This document shows, piece after piece, positions 8,868-18,542 of a DNA stretch of 64,000 nt. Both the position numbers and the translations under genes were made by a program. Source of the DNA: Candidatus Altimarinota bacterium (GTDB lineage Bacteria > Patescibacteriota > Gracilibacteria > CAIRYL01); NCBI GenBank assembly GCA_965250085.1, contig OZ252287.1:960001-1024000 (forward strand), given 5' to 3'. A model generated the notes under the pieces. The model saw nothing but the letters and a program-made list of their open reading frames with translations. It did not search any database and had not been told where the DNA came from. Each line of letters opens with the position of its first letter. Positions within the stretch are counted from its first letter, which is position 1.

Positions 8868-10082
8868 ATGCACCATTTTTTTTTGAAAACAACAAGCATC
8901 TTTGTCTTTTTGGTGTTTTTTTCTGGATGTACTTTTTCTTCTTCGAATCAACCAAACAAAGACACGACAGAAGACACAGTTCAAGAAATTCTTTCCTGGA
9001 GTGACGAAGAATTCCATGAAAAGGTTCAAAGCTCATATGAAGCAGGAAAAACATGGTTTCTTCAGAGTTTTCGCGCAAAAGGCCTCTTTGCATATCAATA
9101 TGATCCTCAGACGGATACCTCTTCTTCTGAAAACAATATGATACGCCAGTTGATGGCGTCTCGACTTCTCGCTGAGATAAGTCAGGAAGAAATAGGTCTC
9201 AGGAAGATGCATCGTACCAATTTGGAATTTATAAGAAAATACTGGTATCGAGAAACAGAAAATGGGAAATATGGATATATTTTTTTCAACAACAAATCCA
9301 AACTGGGGGCAAATGCGATGGCACTCAGAACACTCGTTTGGAGTCCATTTTTTGAAGAATATACTCAGGAAGCCCAAAAACTCGCTGATGGGATCATATC
9401 TCTTCTTCATGAAGATGGATCTTTCGAACCATGGTTTATAGAACCTTCTTATCAATATGATAAAAATTATCTCCTTACCTTTTATTCAGGAGAGGCAATT
9501 CTTGCTCTTGTAGAATATGGATCACTGGAAGGGAATGATCGATACAGAGAGCTTGCAGAAAAGGCTCAAGGTTTTTATATCGATCGATATGTAGCCAATA
9601 TGGACAAGAACTATTATCCTGCCTACGTCCCATGGCACACACTTGCGCTCAATAAGCTCTATAAACTTACGGGAAATGCTGAGTATTCAAATGCTCTCTT
9701 TGCACTTAATGACAAGCTTCTTGAATTGCAAGATGTCAAAGAACATATCGGAAGATTTTATAACCCCCAAACACCTGAATATGGCAGTCCACATGTGGCA
9801 TCTGATGGAGTGTATACAGAAGGACTCATATATGCATATGAAATTGCCGAGATCACAGGAGACAAAAAACATCAGAAGAAGTATAAACAGGCATTAAAAC
9901 TTGCCTTTTCTCATCTTTTAAAGTTGCAATACACACAAAATAATCTCCTGAAAGGGTTTAACAGTCACAAATCGATAGGAGGATTTCATGCGCGGAAAGA
10001 AAGATACAAGATTCGTATTGATAATGTGCAACATACACTCGATGCATATCGAAAGATTTTGGAAGTATTTCCAGACGAATAA
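8868..10082 (+). CDS. Putative lipoprotein with alpha/alpha-toroid (six-hairpin-like) domain
   Basis: Lipobox FFSG-C; KLGANAMA, FYSGEAILAL, IRIDNVQH motifs; fold is inferred. Confidence 0.6.
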   Translation: MHHFFLKTTSIFVFLVFFSGCTFSSSNQPNKDTTEDTVQEILSWSDEEFHEKVQSSYEAGKTWFLQSFRAKGLFAYQYDPQTDTSSSENNMIRQLMASRLLAEISQEEIGLRKMHRTNLEFIRKYWYRETENGKYGYIFFNNKSKLGANAMALRTLVWSPFFEEYTQEAQKLADGIISLLHEDGSFEPWFIEPSYQYDKNYLLTFYSGEAILALVEYGSLEGNDRYRELAEKAQGFYIDRYVANMDKNYYPAYVPWHTLALNKLYKLTGNAEYSNALFALNDKLLELQDVKEHIGRFYNPQTPEYGSPHVASDGVYTEGLIYAYEIAEITGDKKHQKKYKQALKLAFSHLLKLQYTQNNLLKGFNSHKSIGGFHARKERYKIRIDNVQHTLDAYRKILEVFPDE

Positions 10083-10084
10083 AA

Positions 10085-10118
10085 TTTGCAGGAGACACAA
10101 ATTCGTATCTCCTGCAAA
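10085..10118. terminator. Hairpin between convergent genes (bidirectional terminator / REP-like)
   Basis: TTTGCAGGAGA...TCTCCTGCAAA with A/T tails. Confidence 0.65.
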
Positions 10119-10144
10119 AAGAAAAAGGGGAAGAAGGAACGAAA

Positions 10145-11608
10145 TTAAAAACTATTCCACAACATTTGATTTGTCACTTCATGGTGATATATAACTTCAC
10201 CAGTTTTGATGATTGTTCCCAATTCTGCTGGACTTCGATGAGCAATTTCTTGTTTGAGGTCTGTATACTTTTTGTGATTCTCTGTTCCGAGAGCTTTTTG
10301 TAAAAATCCTGATGCCTTAAATGCCTTAAGAGCACCTCCGACATTTCCCCAAAGCACACGTTTTTTTCCAAGGGTTTTTTCTATCTCTGCATACATTTTT
10401 TTAGAAGAATCCATACCAGAAAGTCCAGCTTGAAGAAGGCAAAAAGAAGCAAGATATGGATTGGAATCAGGGGCTACAGAGCGGACCTCGATTCGTGCTG
10501 ATTTTTCATTCCCAATAGGAACTCGTATCATCGCACCTCTATTACTGGGAGACATCATTATTTCATTAGGAGCTTCGTAGTTTGGATCCAGCCTTCTGTA
10601 AGAATTTACACTCGCATTGATGGTAAGACATAGATCATTTGCATAATATAAAATACCATGCGCAAATTTGATCGCACTCTCTGAAAGAGAATCTTTTCCG
10701 CCTTTGGAATAAAAAATATTTTTAGTTCCTTTGGAAATACTGATATTGCAATGCATCCCGCTCCCATTAATTCCTACGACGGGCTTGGGAAGAAAACTTG
10801 CCGTGCATCCCATAAGTTTCGCAACTTGGCGCGCAATGAGCTTGTAGAGCAGGATTTGATCACATGTATTGAGTATCTCTGTGTACTTAAAGTTAATTTC
10901 AAATTGTGCTGGTGCTACTTCCCCATGATCTTTCTCATTTTCAAATGCCATAGCCCGCTGTACTTCGGCTGTAGTATCAATAAATTGTCGAAGTTCATCC
11001 TTTGGTAAAGCATTAAAATATCCACCACGCGTTGCGAGTTCAAATCCATCTTGGCTGTGATAGTTTTGCTCCGCATCTATTCCTCTCATAAGAAAACCTT
11101 CAATCTCTGGAGACATGAGGACCGTATGCCCCTTTTTCTTGTAGAGTTCATCCGTAAGATCCTTAAGTCTTCCACGAAAATCACCGGAATACTGAGACCC
11201 GTCTTGATTGCGTACAAAGGCAAAAATAAACACCTTTCCTGGCCCAAAAATATCAGCTGGCATCCATCGGAATGAACCCCAGTCAACTTTAAATCTTAGA
11301 TCAGATTCCCCTAGATTAGAAAATCCATGTATGGACGATCCATCAAAAGTGAGATTGTCATGTGAAGTTAAAAAGAATTTTTTGTCATAATCAAGCATAT
11401 GAAGCCTCCCTTCCAAGTCACAAAAAGCAACCGTTACTGCCTTTATACGCATTTCACCTTTTAGATATTTTACGATTCTTTCCCGAAAAAACCCTTCAGA
11501 TTTTCTTTGCAGCCTAAATTTTTTCATTTCCAAATTCTTTTTCTCTAATTCGGAATATGAAAGTAATAAAAAATCCCTCAGGCTTTCAGAAAAAGGCGGA
11601 ATAGTCAT
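10145..11608 (-). CDS. glnA: Glutamine synthetase (GS I-like)
   Basis: FDGSS, HGEVAPAQFEI, FLPKP..GINGSGMHCNIS, NSYRRL.P.YEAP, NRGAMIRVP, RIEVRS..PDSNPYL. Confidence 0.93.
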   Translation of the reverse strand: MTIPPFSESLRDFLLLSYSELEKKNLEMKKFRLQRKSEGFFRERIVKYLKGEMRIKAVTVAFCDLEGRLHMLDYDKKFFLTSHDNLTFDGSSIHGFSNLGESDLRFKVDWGSFRWMPADIFGPGKVFIFAFVRNQDGSQYSGDFRGRLKDLTDELYKKKGHTVLMSPEIEGFLMRGIDAEQNYHSQDGFELATRGGYFNALPKDELRQFIDTTAEVQRAMAFENEKDHGEVAPAQFEINFKYTEILNTCDQILLYKLIARQVAKLMGCTASFLPKPVVGINGSGMHCNISISKGTKNIFYSKGGKDSLSESAIKFAHGILYYANDLCLTINASVNSYRRLDPNYEAPNEIMMSPSNRGAMIRVPIGNEKSARIEVRSVAPDSNPYLASFCLLQAGLSGMDSSKKMYAEIEKTLGKKRVLWGNVGGALKAFKASGFLQKALGTENHKKYTDLKQEIAHRSPAELGTIIKTGEVIYHHEVTNQMLWNSF

Positions 11609-11694
11609 ATCTTAGAAAGATTAAAAAATAAGAAACACGATCATTATCCATATTCATATATGAAGATCAATCTTGAGAAGGGCCAAAAATAAAC

Positions 11695-11722
11695 TTGTAG
11701 AAATCTTCTACAACACTATAAT
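11695..11722 (+). promoter_or_regulatory. Promoter TTGTAG-N16-TATAAT overlapped by palindrome TTGTAGAA-ATC-TTCTACAA (candidate operator)
   Basis: Perfect 8-bp inverted repeat 11695-11713; TATAAT at 11717-11722; lies between divergent glnA and trmB-like gene. Confidence 0.6.
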
Positions 11723-11790
11723 GAAGTCATTCTGCGGGAATAAAATCGCATACAAATTGTATCCGTTAAGAAAAAATTACACATTGACGA

Positions 11791-12534
11791 ATGGACAAAA
11801 ATATTCTTACTCAAAAACTGCAAAACATCGGACTTCAAAAAAATGAAGCCAGGATATATCTCTCTACCCTTGAGAGCAATACCAGTCCGGTTTCTCAAAT
11901 TGCAAAATGCGCTCAAATGAACAGAGTAAGCACTCATAGCATTCTTCTCAGGCTTTTGGAAAAAGGGATGGTGATACGAAGTGAGCGAAAAGGGATCAGC
12001 TATTTTACCGCTCTGAACCCAGAAATTCTTATCAGAAATACTGAACAAAAGGCACACTCCCTCGCAGAAAGTCTTCCGTTTTTAAGATCCATCGCAGGAG
12101 AGAAGATCGTGCACCCCAGTGTTCGATTTTTTGAAGGAATAGAAGGCATTAAAGAGGCCTATTATGAATCACTTACATCACAAACAGAAATACTCAATTA
12201 TGCAAATTCAAAGAATATTCGGGATCACTGGAGCCAATATGATGAAGAATATGTCTTGGGAAGAGCTGAAAGAAACATATTCCTCAGAGGCCTTGCCCCA
12301 GACGACAAAGATGGAAAAATAGTACAAAACCAAGATGCGAAATATCATCGCGAAACACGACTCATTCCAGTTGAACATTTTCAGATTGAGAATGAGATCA
12401 AGATTTTTGATGAAAACATGCTTATTACTTCCTTTGAACCCTTTCCATTTGCGCTCATTATTACTTCCAAAGCAGTAGCAGACACTCAGCGACAGATATT
12501 TCAAATCGCCTGGAACTCTGCTCAAAGATCTTGA
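11791..12534 (+). CDS. TrmB-family HTH transcriptional regulator
   Basis: LQNIGLQKNEARIYLSTL...IAK...NRVSTH.IL.RLLEKGMV; PSVRFFEGIEGIK; C-terminal PLD-like effector domain. Confidence 0.88.
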   Translation: MDKNILTQKLQNIGLQKNEARIYLSTLESNTSPVSQIAKCAQMNRVSTHSILLRLLEKGMVIRSERKGISYFTALNPEILIRNTEQKAHSLAESLPFLRSIAGEKIVHPSVRFFEGIEGIKEAYYESLTSQTEILNYANSKNIRDHWSQYDEEYVLGRAERNIFLRGLAPDDKDGKIVQNQDAKYHRETRLIPVEHFQIENEIKIFDENMLITSFEPFPFALIITSKAVADTQRQIFQIAWNSAQRS

Positions 12535-13766
12535 GAAGTGGCTTGAAAAATAAGAGCAACAAAAAACGCAGAGAGAAAAAACCCTATCTCTGAAGTCAGA
12601 ATAAGGTGTTCAAAAAACAAAAATGAAGCAAGAACTCCAGAAAGACCAAGAAACATTGTTTTCCTTCTTCTCTTTTTTTTGAGAGACTTGATGAGAGACC
12701 AGAGACGTACAAGAAAAGCGCTAAAGATAACAAATGCCAGGATGCCCAATTCACTCATAACAAGGAGAAAAGTATTATGAACCGGTTGCAATTGCCAAGG
12801 AAAGAAAGTATCAAATCGAGCCATAAAATAAGAAAAATTCCCCCAACCGATACCGATAAATGGATGAGAAGTAACCAAATCAAATGCAATAAAAGTTTGA
12901 GATATTCTCTCAAAAGAAGAGGTGGAGAAATCATCCAAAAGAAGTCGGAGTATAACTCCTACCAAAGCCACGAAAATTAAAAGAAAGAAGTGCTTATGTG
13001 ATTTTTGTGAAGAATCCTTCCTCAACACATATGCCAAAAATCCACCCAAAGAAAGCGCTACAAATGCTGAACGAGAAAAGGTACACACAAGACCCAAAAG
13101 AAGAACACCCCTGAATATCCACCATTTCTTTTCGAGAATTTCTGAAAGAAAAAAAATACTTACCAGAAAAAATCCAAGAATATTCGGATGCAAAAAGCTT
13201 CCATGGGCCCTCAATACTTCACGAAATTCAGACTTAAGAAGAAATGCTCCCGGAGGAAGATCTACTGAAGAGAGAAGAGTGGGAAATGTTTGCAGGATTC
13301 CAAAGATAGCTTCTGCAACTCCAGCGATCAGAAGAACTATTACAATGTATTTTGTTCGCACGGAGTGAAACCATAGCAAAAAGACAAATAATCCGCCCAA
13401 AAGCCATAAAAGGAGAAAAAAAGCACCACTCTCCCATGCAGTGTTGAGCCATATAGAAATGCCGCTGAGAATAAAAAATAATCCCCACAAAAGGCTTTCT
13501 CTGTAAAAAAGAGCAAGAAAAGAGGAGGATGTTTTTTTTTGAAAAAGCTCAATACCCGAGAAGACAAGTAAGAGAGAAAGCACACAAAGACTTGCAGACC
13601 AAAAAAGAGTAGAAAGCGAAGAAAACCCACCTTGCCAAAAAGAAGCAGCTTCACCGATATGAGTTTGAAGAGGAAAAAGAAGAGAAAGGAAAAAGACACT
13701 TGTGAAAATCTCAAATTTCCACTTGTCGTACACAGAAACTAGATATTTCCAAGAGAAAAAATTCAT
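12522..13766 (-). CDS. O-antigen ligase / Wzy_C family membrane protein
   Basis: RAHGSFLHPNILG, TFSRSA, HPFIGIGWGNF, PVHNTFLL..SELG. Confidence 0.88.
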   Translation of the reverse strand: MNFFSWKYLVSVYDKWKFEIFTSVFFLSLLFPLQTHIGEAASFWQGGFSSLSTLFWSASLCVLSLLLVFSGIELFQKKTSSSFLALFYRESLLWGLFFILSGISIWLNTAWESGAFFLLLWLLGGLFVFLLWFHSVRTKYIVIVLLIAGVAEAIFGILQTFPTLLSSVDLPPGAFLLKSEFREVLRAHGSFLHPNILGFFLVSIFFLSEILEKKWWIFRGVLLLGLVCTFSRSAFVALSLGGFLAYVLRKDSSQKSHKHFFLLIFVALVGVILRLLLDDFSTSSFERISQTFIAFDLVTSHPFIGIGWGNFSYFMARFDTFFPWQLQPVHNTFLLVMSELGILAFVIFSAFLVRLWSLIKSLKKKRRRKTMFLGLSGVLASFLFFEHLILTSEIGFFLSAFFVALIFQATSQDL

Positions 13767-15205
13767 CAGAGATCAAAACAGTTTTCATCAAGTTCGGGCT
13801 TTGAACGCTTTGCCAGAATACAATTCATTCTTCGTTCTGCTATCTTAACGCCTTCTTCTGGAGATATTCTATTTTTGACTATATTGTCGTTTATGTCGGC
13901 AAAAATGGCAAAAAATGATCCAGGGTCAAGGGTCTGTAAACTCTTTGCATATGCAGCTTGGAGTGCAAATATTCCAAAGAATTTTTCGATAGACTGTTCT
14001 TCTACCATGTCAAGCCTGGATGTGGGTTTTTTTGTTTTTTCATGGTACAAAGCAAGGCTTTCTGGAGAGGTAAGAAATTCCAAAAGTTGCCAAGATTCTT
14101 CGGGGTACTGGCTATTTCGAGAAACTACCAAAGGATAATATTTCGCAAAGGCTTCTCGTTTTCCAGATTCCGCAGTAGCTGAAAACTGAGGTACTGGGGC
14201 AATACCAATATCTTCCACCTGAATAGAGTATTTATTGGCACGAGCGAATCCATCAATGATGACTTTGACCTGATCATATGTTGATGAAAACCCGAACATC
14301 ATAGCTGTTTTTCCACGAGCAAATGCCCCTAGTTCCTTTTGATCCGTATACAGTCCCGTAAGTGGCAAATTCCAAGAAAAATGACGAGAGCTGGGGAGTG
14401 CAAATCCCGTATAGAGTTTGAGAGATTCTAAAACGGGGAATGACTGCTGACCAGTGCTGGGATTTACTCCTTTTGCTTTTGAAAACAGGGCTCTTTTTTG
14501 TTCTGCATCATACAAACTTGCTTCTTGTTGAATAAGCAGAAGAGAGAGGATGTCCGGAAAATGCAGTATATTGGCAGCGTACCCCAAAGCAATTCCAGAA
14601 AGAGAAAATCGTTCGATACTATTGTCTGTTTTCGTAAGCCCAAAAACTTGTTCCTTGAGAGCGGTCCATGTTTCGGCTGGCTTATTTGTGGAAGGAAGGA
14701 AATCTCGAAAAAGCTGCTTATTGTAGTACAGTGCGAGTGTATCCACAAAGAGTGACACGCCCCAAATTCGATCATTGCCTTGTTCGTCAGGGAGGATTAA
14801 ATCTTCATTTACTATCGGAAGGAAAATATCTGAAAATTTTTCAGGAACATAGAGAGAATTTGGAGCGGGGAAAAGCTTTCCTTGATAGCTTGAAATCCAG
14901 TCATTACGAATGGCAAAAATATCAGGCCCTCTTCCTTCTGCCAGCTCGTTGAGCAGGAGAGCTTGATATTCATCTATATTATGAAATTTTTTATACGTAA
15001 TCTTTACATCTTTGTACGTGCTTTGAAATGCCTGAATTTGTCCCTTAAGCGTGTCCTCCGGATCGAAGAGATTATAGAAAACAATCTCTTTTTTTTGAGT
15101 TCTGACCTGTTCTGTATCGTCAGGGCTTTCTGCTTGCTTGCGTTCACACGCCCCAAAAGACAAGACAAGTACACTGCTCAAAACAAGAGAAACCAACTTT
15201 TTCAT
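13766..15205 (-). CDS. Extracellular solute-binding lipoprotein (sugar SBP family 1)
   Basis: Lipobox FGA-C; GRGPDIF, DTLALYYNKQLF, FARGKTAMMFG; start chosen at MKKLVSL. Confidence 0.85.
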   Translation of the reverse strand: MKKLVSLVLSSVLVLSFGACERKQAESPDDTEQVRTQKKEIVFYNLFDPEDTLKGQIQAFQSTYKDVKITYKKFHNIDEYQALLLNELAEGRGPDIFAIRNDWISSYQGKLFPAPNSLYVPEKFSDIFLPIVNEDLILPDEQGNDRIWGVSLFVDTLALYYNKQLFRDFLPSTNKPAETWTALKEQVFGLTKTDNSIERFSLSGIALGYAANILHFPDILSLLLIQQEASLYDAEQKRALFSKAKGVNPSTGQQSFPVLESLKLYTGFALPSSRHFSWNLPLTGLYTDQKELGAFARGKTAMMFGFSSTYDQVKVIIDGFARANKYSIQVEDIGIAPVPQFSATAESGKREAFAKYYPLVVSRNSQYPEESWQLLEFLTSPESLALYHEKTKKPTSRLDMVEEQSIEKFFGIFALQAAYAKSLQTLDPGSFFAIFADINDNIVKNRISPEEGVKIAERRMNCILAKRSKPELDENCFDL

Positions 15206-15265
15206 AAAATCTATTCTCAATGATATACATTTTCTATTTTCTCCTTTTTTAGAGGGTGGCGCAAA

Positions 15266-16606
15266 TTATTTTCTCCAAAGCTTTTGATATAGCTTCTGAA
15301 AAAAGGCTCTTCCACCTCTTTCCTTGTAAAAAGCTACAGCGGAAAAAATATGATTCTTCACATTTGTTTGTAAAAAAACTCTTTTTGTATGAGCAAGATT
15401 GTAATTAGATTTTTTTGTCCATTCCCGAAAAGATTTCATAGTTTTTTGAGGAGACCAAAGAGAGATTGCTACTTTTTGTGCATTTTGAGAGAACCGAAGT
15501 CGCAATTCAGGACCTTGTTTCATTGTCAGAATCGCCTCTGCGAGAAGTTCAATATTGCCACTTTTGACAACCTTGCCACCTTCAAAGGATGAAATGTCGT
15601 ATGAAATTTCGCTTCCCTCTGTCATTAGGACCGGAATACCGTATGCAATCATCTCGTTTATTCTGTTTCGGGCACCTGTCTCTGTTTCCGTGCAAAAAAT
15701 ATCTGCGAGAATACCAATGTCGCTTTCATGGTATACGAAAGGCATTTTTTCTGAATCGACCCATCCCAGAAAATGGAAATGATCTCGAAACGAAGAAGCG
15801 TCCACTCGTTTTTTAAATCGCTCAAATGGATGTTCAGCAATGTGATCAATTGCTCCACCTGTAGACACAAAATATATATTTGAATCTTGAGAGATGGCCT
15901 TTTCAAGTGCATGAAACAACGTTTTCTCATCACACCAGTTATTAAAACCTCCTATTTGAGCTACGACAAAAGCTTCTCTTGGCACTATTTTTCCTCTAAA
16001 CAGAGAATCTTTCTCTGAGTTCTGAAACTCATGTGCTTGAGCGGAAGGCAGTGCATTGGGAATTACATGTATCCATTTTCTTCCAAAATGAGATCGATTT
16101 ACTCGCCCGAGAGAAGCGGCTTCACCGAGAACGGCAAATTTTTGAGGAGTAGAAACGGTAGAAATCTGATCTGCTCGCAAAAGAATACTTCGTTCCTGAT
16201 TCCAGCCATGAGAGAGATAAGAGTCATGCCCAAGGCCTGCGCTTTGCGCTTCCATTTCTGCCATAATCCATCCATTGAGATCCGCCCAAAAGGGCGTATT
16301 GCGATTGAGGCACTTAGAAGCAACATACGCTGGGAATGTATTAACCCCAAGAACCAAATCATACGCAGAAGAATGCAACCATTTTTTAGCACATTTAAAC
16401 AGATCTTGGTGGCTTCGAGAAATAAGAAGATACTTTTCTCCTTCTTTGTAGACACCTTGTTGATCCGTAATCAAAAAAAGAAAATAAGAATGCCCCTCTT
16501 CCTCGAGAGAGTCTACGAACTGCTGAGTCCTGAGTTGAACTGCAGACCTGAAATGAGGAGACATTTCTGGTAAAGGGCCATTTCCAAAAACAAGAATTTT
16601 TTTCAT
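15266..16606 (-). CDS. Glycosyltransferase family 4 (GT-B)
   Basis: FLGWV, SDIG, RINEMIAYGIPVL, LAEAIL; start at MKKILVFG. Confidence 0.85.
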   Translation of the reverse strand: MKKILVFGNGPLPEMSPHFRSAVQLRTQQFVDSLEEEGHSYFLFLITDQQGVYKEGEKYLLISRSHQDLFKCAKKWLHSSAYDLVLGVNTFPAYVASKCLNRNTPFWADLNGWIMAEMEAQSAGLGHDSYLSHGWNQERSILLRADQISTVSTPQKFAVLGEAASLGRVNRSHFGRKWIHVIPNALPSAQAHEFQNSEKDSLFRGKIVPREAFVVAQIGGFNNWCDEKTLFHALEKAISQDSNIYFVSTGGAIDHIAEHPFERFKKRVDASSFRDHFHFLGWVDSEKMPFVYHESDIGILADIFCTETETGARNRINEMIAYGIPVLMTEGSEISYDISSFEGGKVVKSGNIELLAEAILTMKQGPELRLRFSQNAQKVAISLWSPQKTMKSFREWTKKSNYNLAHTKRVFLQTNVKNHIFSAVAFYKERGGRAFFQKLYQKLWRK

Positions 16607-16693
16607 TAAATACAATTGACTATGAACTGTATATGAATTCTTGCCGAAAAGTGCTATTTTTGCAAAGATTTCCCTCAGATTGTCTTTCCATAC

Positions 16694-18094
16694 ATGGAGT
16701 TTGTTCTTTACAACACTCTTTCACGCGCAAAAGAAAAATTTGTTCCACTTCACAAAGACCGAGTGGATTTTTACTCTTGTGGCCCTACAGTGTACAACCG
16801 AGTGCATATAGGGAATTTGCGTGCATTTTTAATGGCAGACACGCTTTATAGGTGGCTTCGACATGGTATGAAATATAATGTCAGATGGGTCATGAACATC
16901 ACAGATGTAGATGATAAGACTATTCGTGACTCGAAAGCGAAATATCCAGAAATAGAACCAAAAGCAGCGCTCAAAAAACTCACGACTTCTTACGAGGAAG
17001 AGTTTCTTCAGGATCTTGAGGCTCTCAACATATCTCAGTCCTCGTTTTATGCTCTTCCAAGAGCGACAGAGCATATCACTGATATGCAAGACCTTATACG
17101 GAAAGTGTATAAAAATGGATATGCGTATGAAAAAGAGGGATCTCTCTATCTTTCCATTGAAAAATATGCCAAAAGTCATGTCTATGGACGGCTTAAAAAT
17201 ATTAGTCGTTCCGAACTAAAATCTGGCACACGCACACTTGCTGACGAAGGGAATAAGGATTGTATTGATGACTTTGCCCTCTGGAAGACACAAAAAAAAG
17301 GAGAGCCTTATTGGGATTTTGATCTCAATGGGGTCAATTATCCGGGTAGACCGGGGTGGCACATTGAGTGCAGTGCAATGGAGCACAGTACATTTGGGAG
17401 TCTCCCCTTTGACATTCATTCTGGAGGAGTGGACTTGTGCTTTCCTCACCATGAAGATGAAATCACACAATCAGTCGCCGGATACAAAGAAGAGCCAACC
17501 AAATATTGGTTTCACAATGAGCATCTCATGGTAGAGGGAAAAAAAATGTCAAAGTCACTTGGAAATTTTTATACCCTTGAAGATTTACTTCAAAAAGGGC
17601 ATTCAGCAGATGCCATTCGATTTTTTCTTATTACCAATCACTATCGAACGAAACTCAATCTTACTCAAGAAGCGCTCATAGCGACCGCGCAGTCACTACA
17701 GCGAATCCGAAATGCACTCTTGGATCTTCCACAAAACCCTTCAAAAAAGAGAGGATCATCTCACGCAGAAAAAAAACTCGAACAATCTTTCTGTGACGAC
17801 TTAAATACCCCTGCCGCTACAGCGGCTATTTTTACGGTACTAGGCGAAAAAAAATATTCCCATCAGGAAAAACGACAATTTTTTGAGTATGCAGAAAAAC
17901 TTTTTGGAGTACGATTCTTGGCAAAGAATCATATAGTTCCTTCAGAAATAAAGCTTCTCGCAGAACAGAGACAACAAGCCAAAAAAGAAAAAAACTTTGA
18001 AAAGGCTGACTTCCTGAGAAATGAAATAAGTGCCAAAGGATTTGAAATTAGAGATTCGGGAAACGATTTTACTCTCGTTCCCAAGCAACTATAA
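16694..18094 (+). CDS. cysS: Cysteine--tRNA ligase
   Basis: CGPTVY, HIGN, NITDVDDK, DFALWK, GRPGWHIECSAM, HHEDE, KMSKS. Confidence 0.97.
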   Translation: MEFVLYNTLSRAKEKFVPLHKDRVDFYSCGPTVYNRVHIGNLRAFLMADTLYRWLRHGMKYNVRWVMNITDVDDKTIRDSKAKYPEIEPKAALKKLTTSYEEEFLQDLEALNISQSSFYALPRATEHITDMQDLIRKVYKNGYAYEKEGSLYLSIEKYAKSHVYGRLKNISRSELKSGTRTLADEGNKDCIDDFALWKTQKKGEPYWDFDLNGVNYPGRPGWHIECSAMEHSTFGSLPFDIHSGGVDLCFPHHEDEITQSVAGYKEEPTKYWFHNEHLMVEGKKMSKSLGNFYTLEDLLQKGHSADAIRFFLITNHYRTKLNLTQEALIATAQSLQRIRNALLDLPQNPSKKRGSSHAEKKLEQSFCDDLNTPAATAAIFTVLGEKKYSHQEKRQFFEYAEKLFGVRFLAKNHIVPSEIKLLAEQRQQAKKEKNFEKADFLRNEISAKGFEIRDSGNDFTLVPKQL

Positions 18095-18507
18095 AAAAGC
18101 ACGAGACAGACTCCAATCTTTTCGCTTGCAAATATCGTCGTCAAAGGACAGAAAAATACAATCCTTCAAAAAATAAAGCATAGCGCTTCTCTTAAGGGCT
18201 GAGACAGGATATGGATTGATAAATGTCGACACCATAGACAACTGGTTCTTTTTTGTCGACAACAATACACTGTTTTACAAATAACAAAAAGCATTGAAAA
18301 GTATATTTTTATAGAAACAAACTGCTTTTTAGGCTCGTTAGACACGAGACACATTCACGTGAAACGCTCTTTTTAAATTTTAACACTAAATTGTAATATA
18401 AATTTTTATATATTCCCTTTTTAAAGCCAAAAAATGAAGACTTATATTGTTTCATTTTTTCTTAAAAAATACGTTTCACTTTGCTCAAAAAAGCCCCTCT
18501 GTTTTCA

Positions 18508-18536
18508 TTGACTCACTACTCTGGATTTTCTATCAT
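18508..18536 (+). promoter_or_regulatory. Sigma70 promoter TTGACT-N17-TATCAT for the S-layer gene
   Basis: Near-consensus hexamers with 17-nt spacer; implies TSS ~18543 and a ~297-nt leader. Confidence 0.65.
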
Positions 18537-18542
18537 ATGAGA

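Noticed and set aside
18351-18366. parS-like site ACATTCACGTGAAACG
   Set aside because: Only 12/16 match to TGTTTCACGTGAAACA, single copy, no parAB nearby
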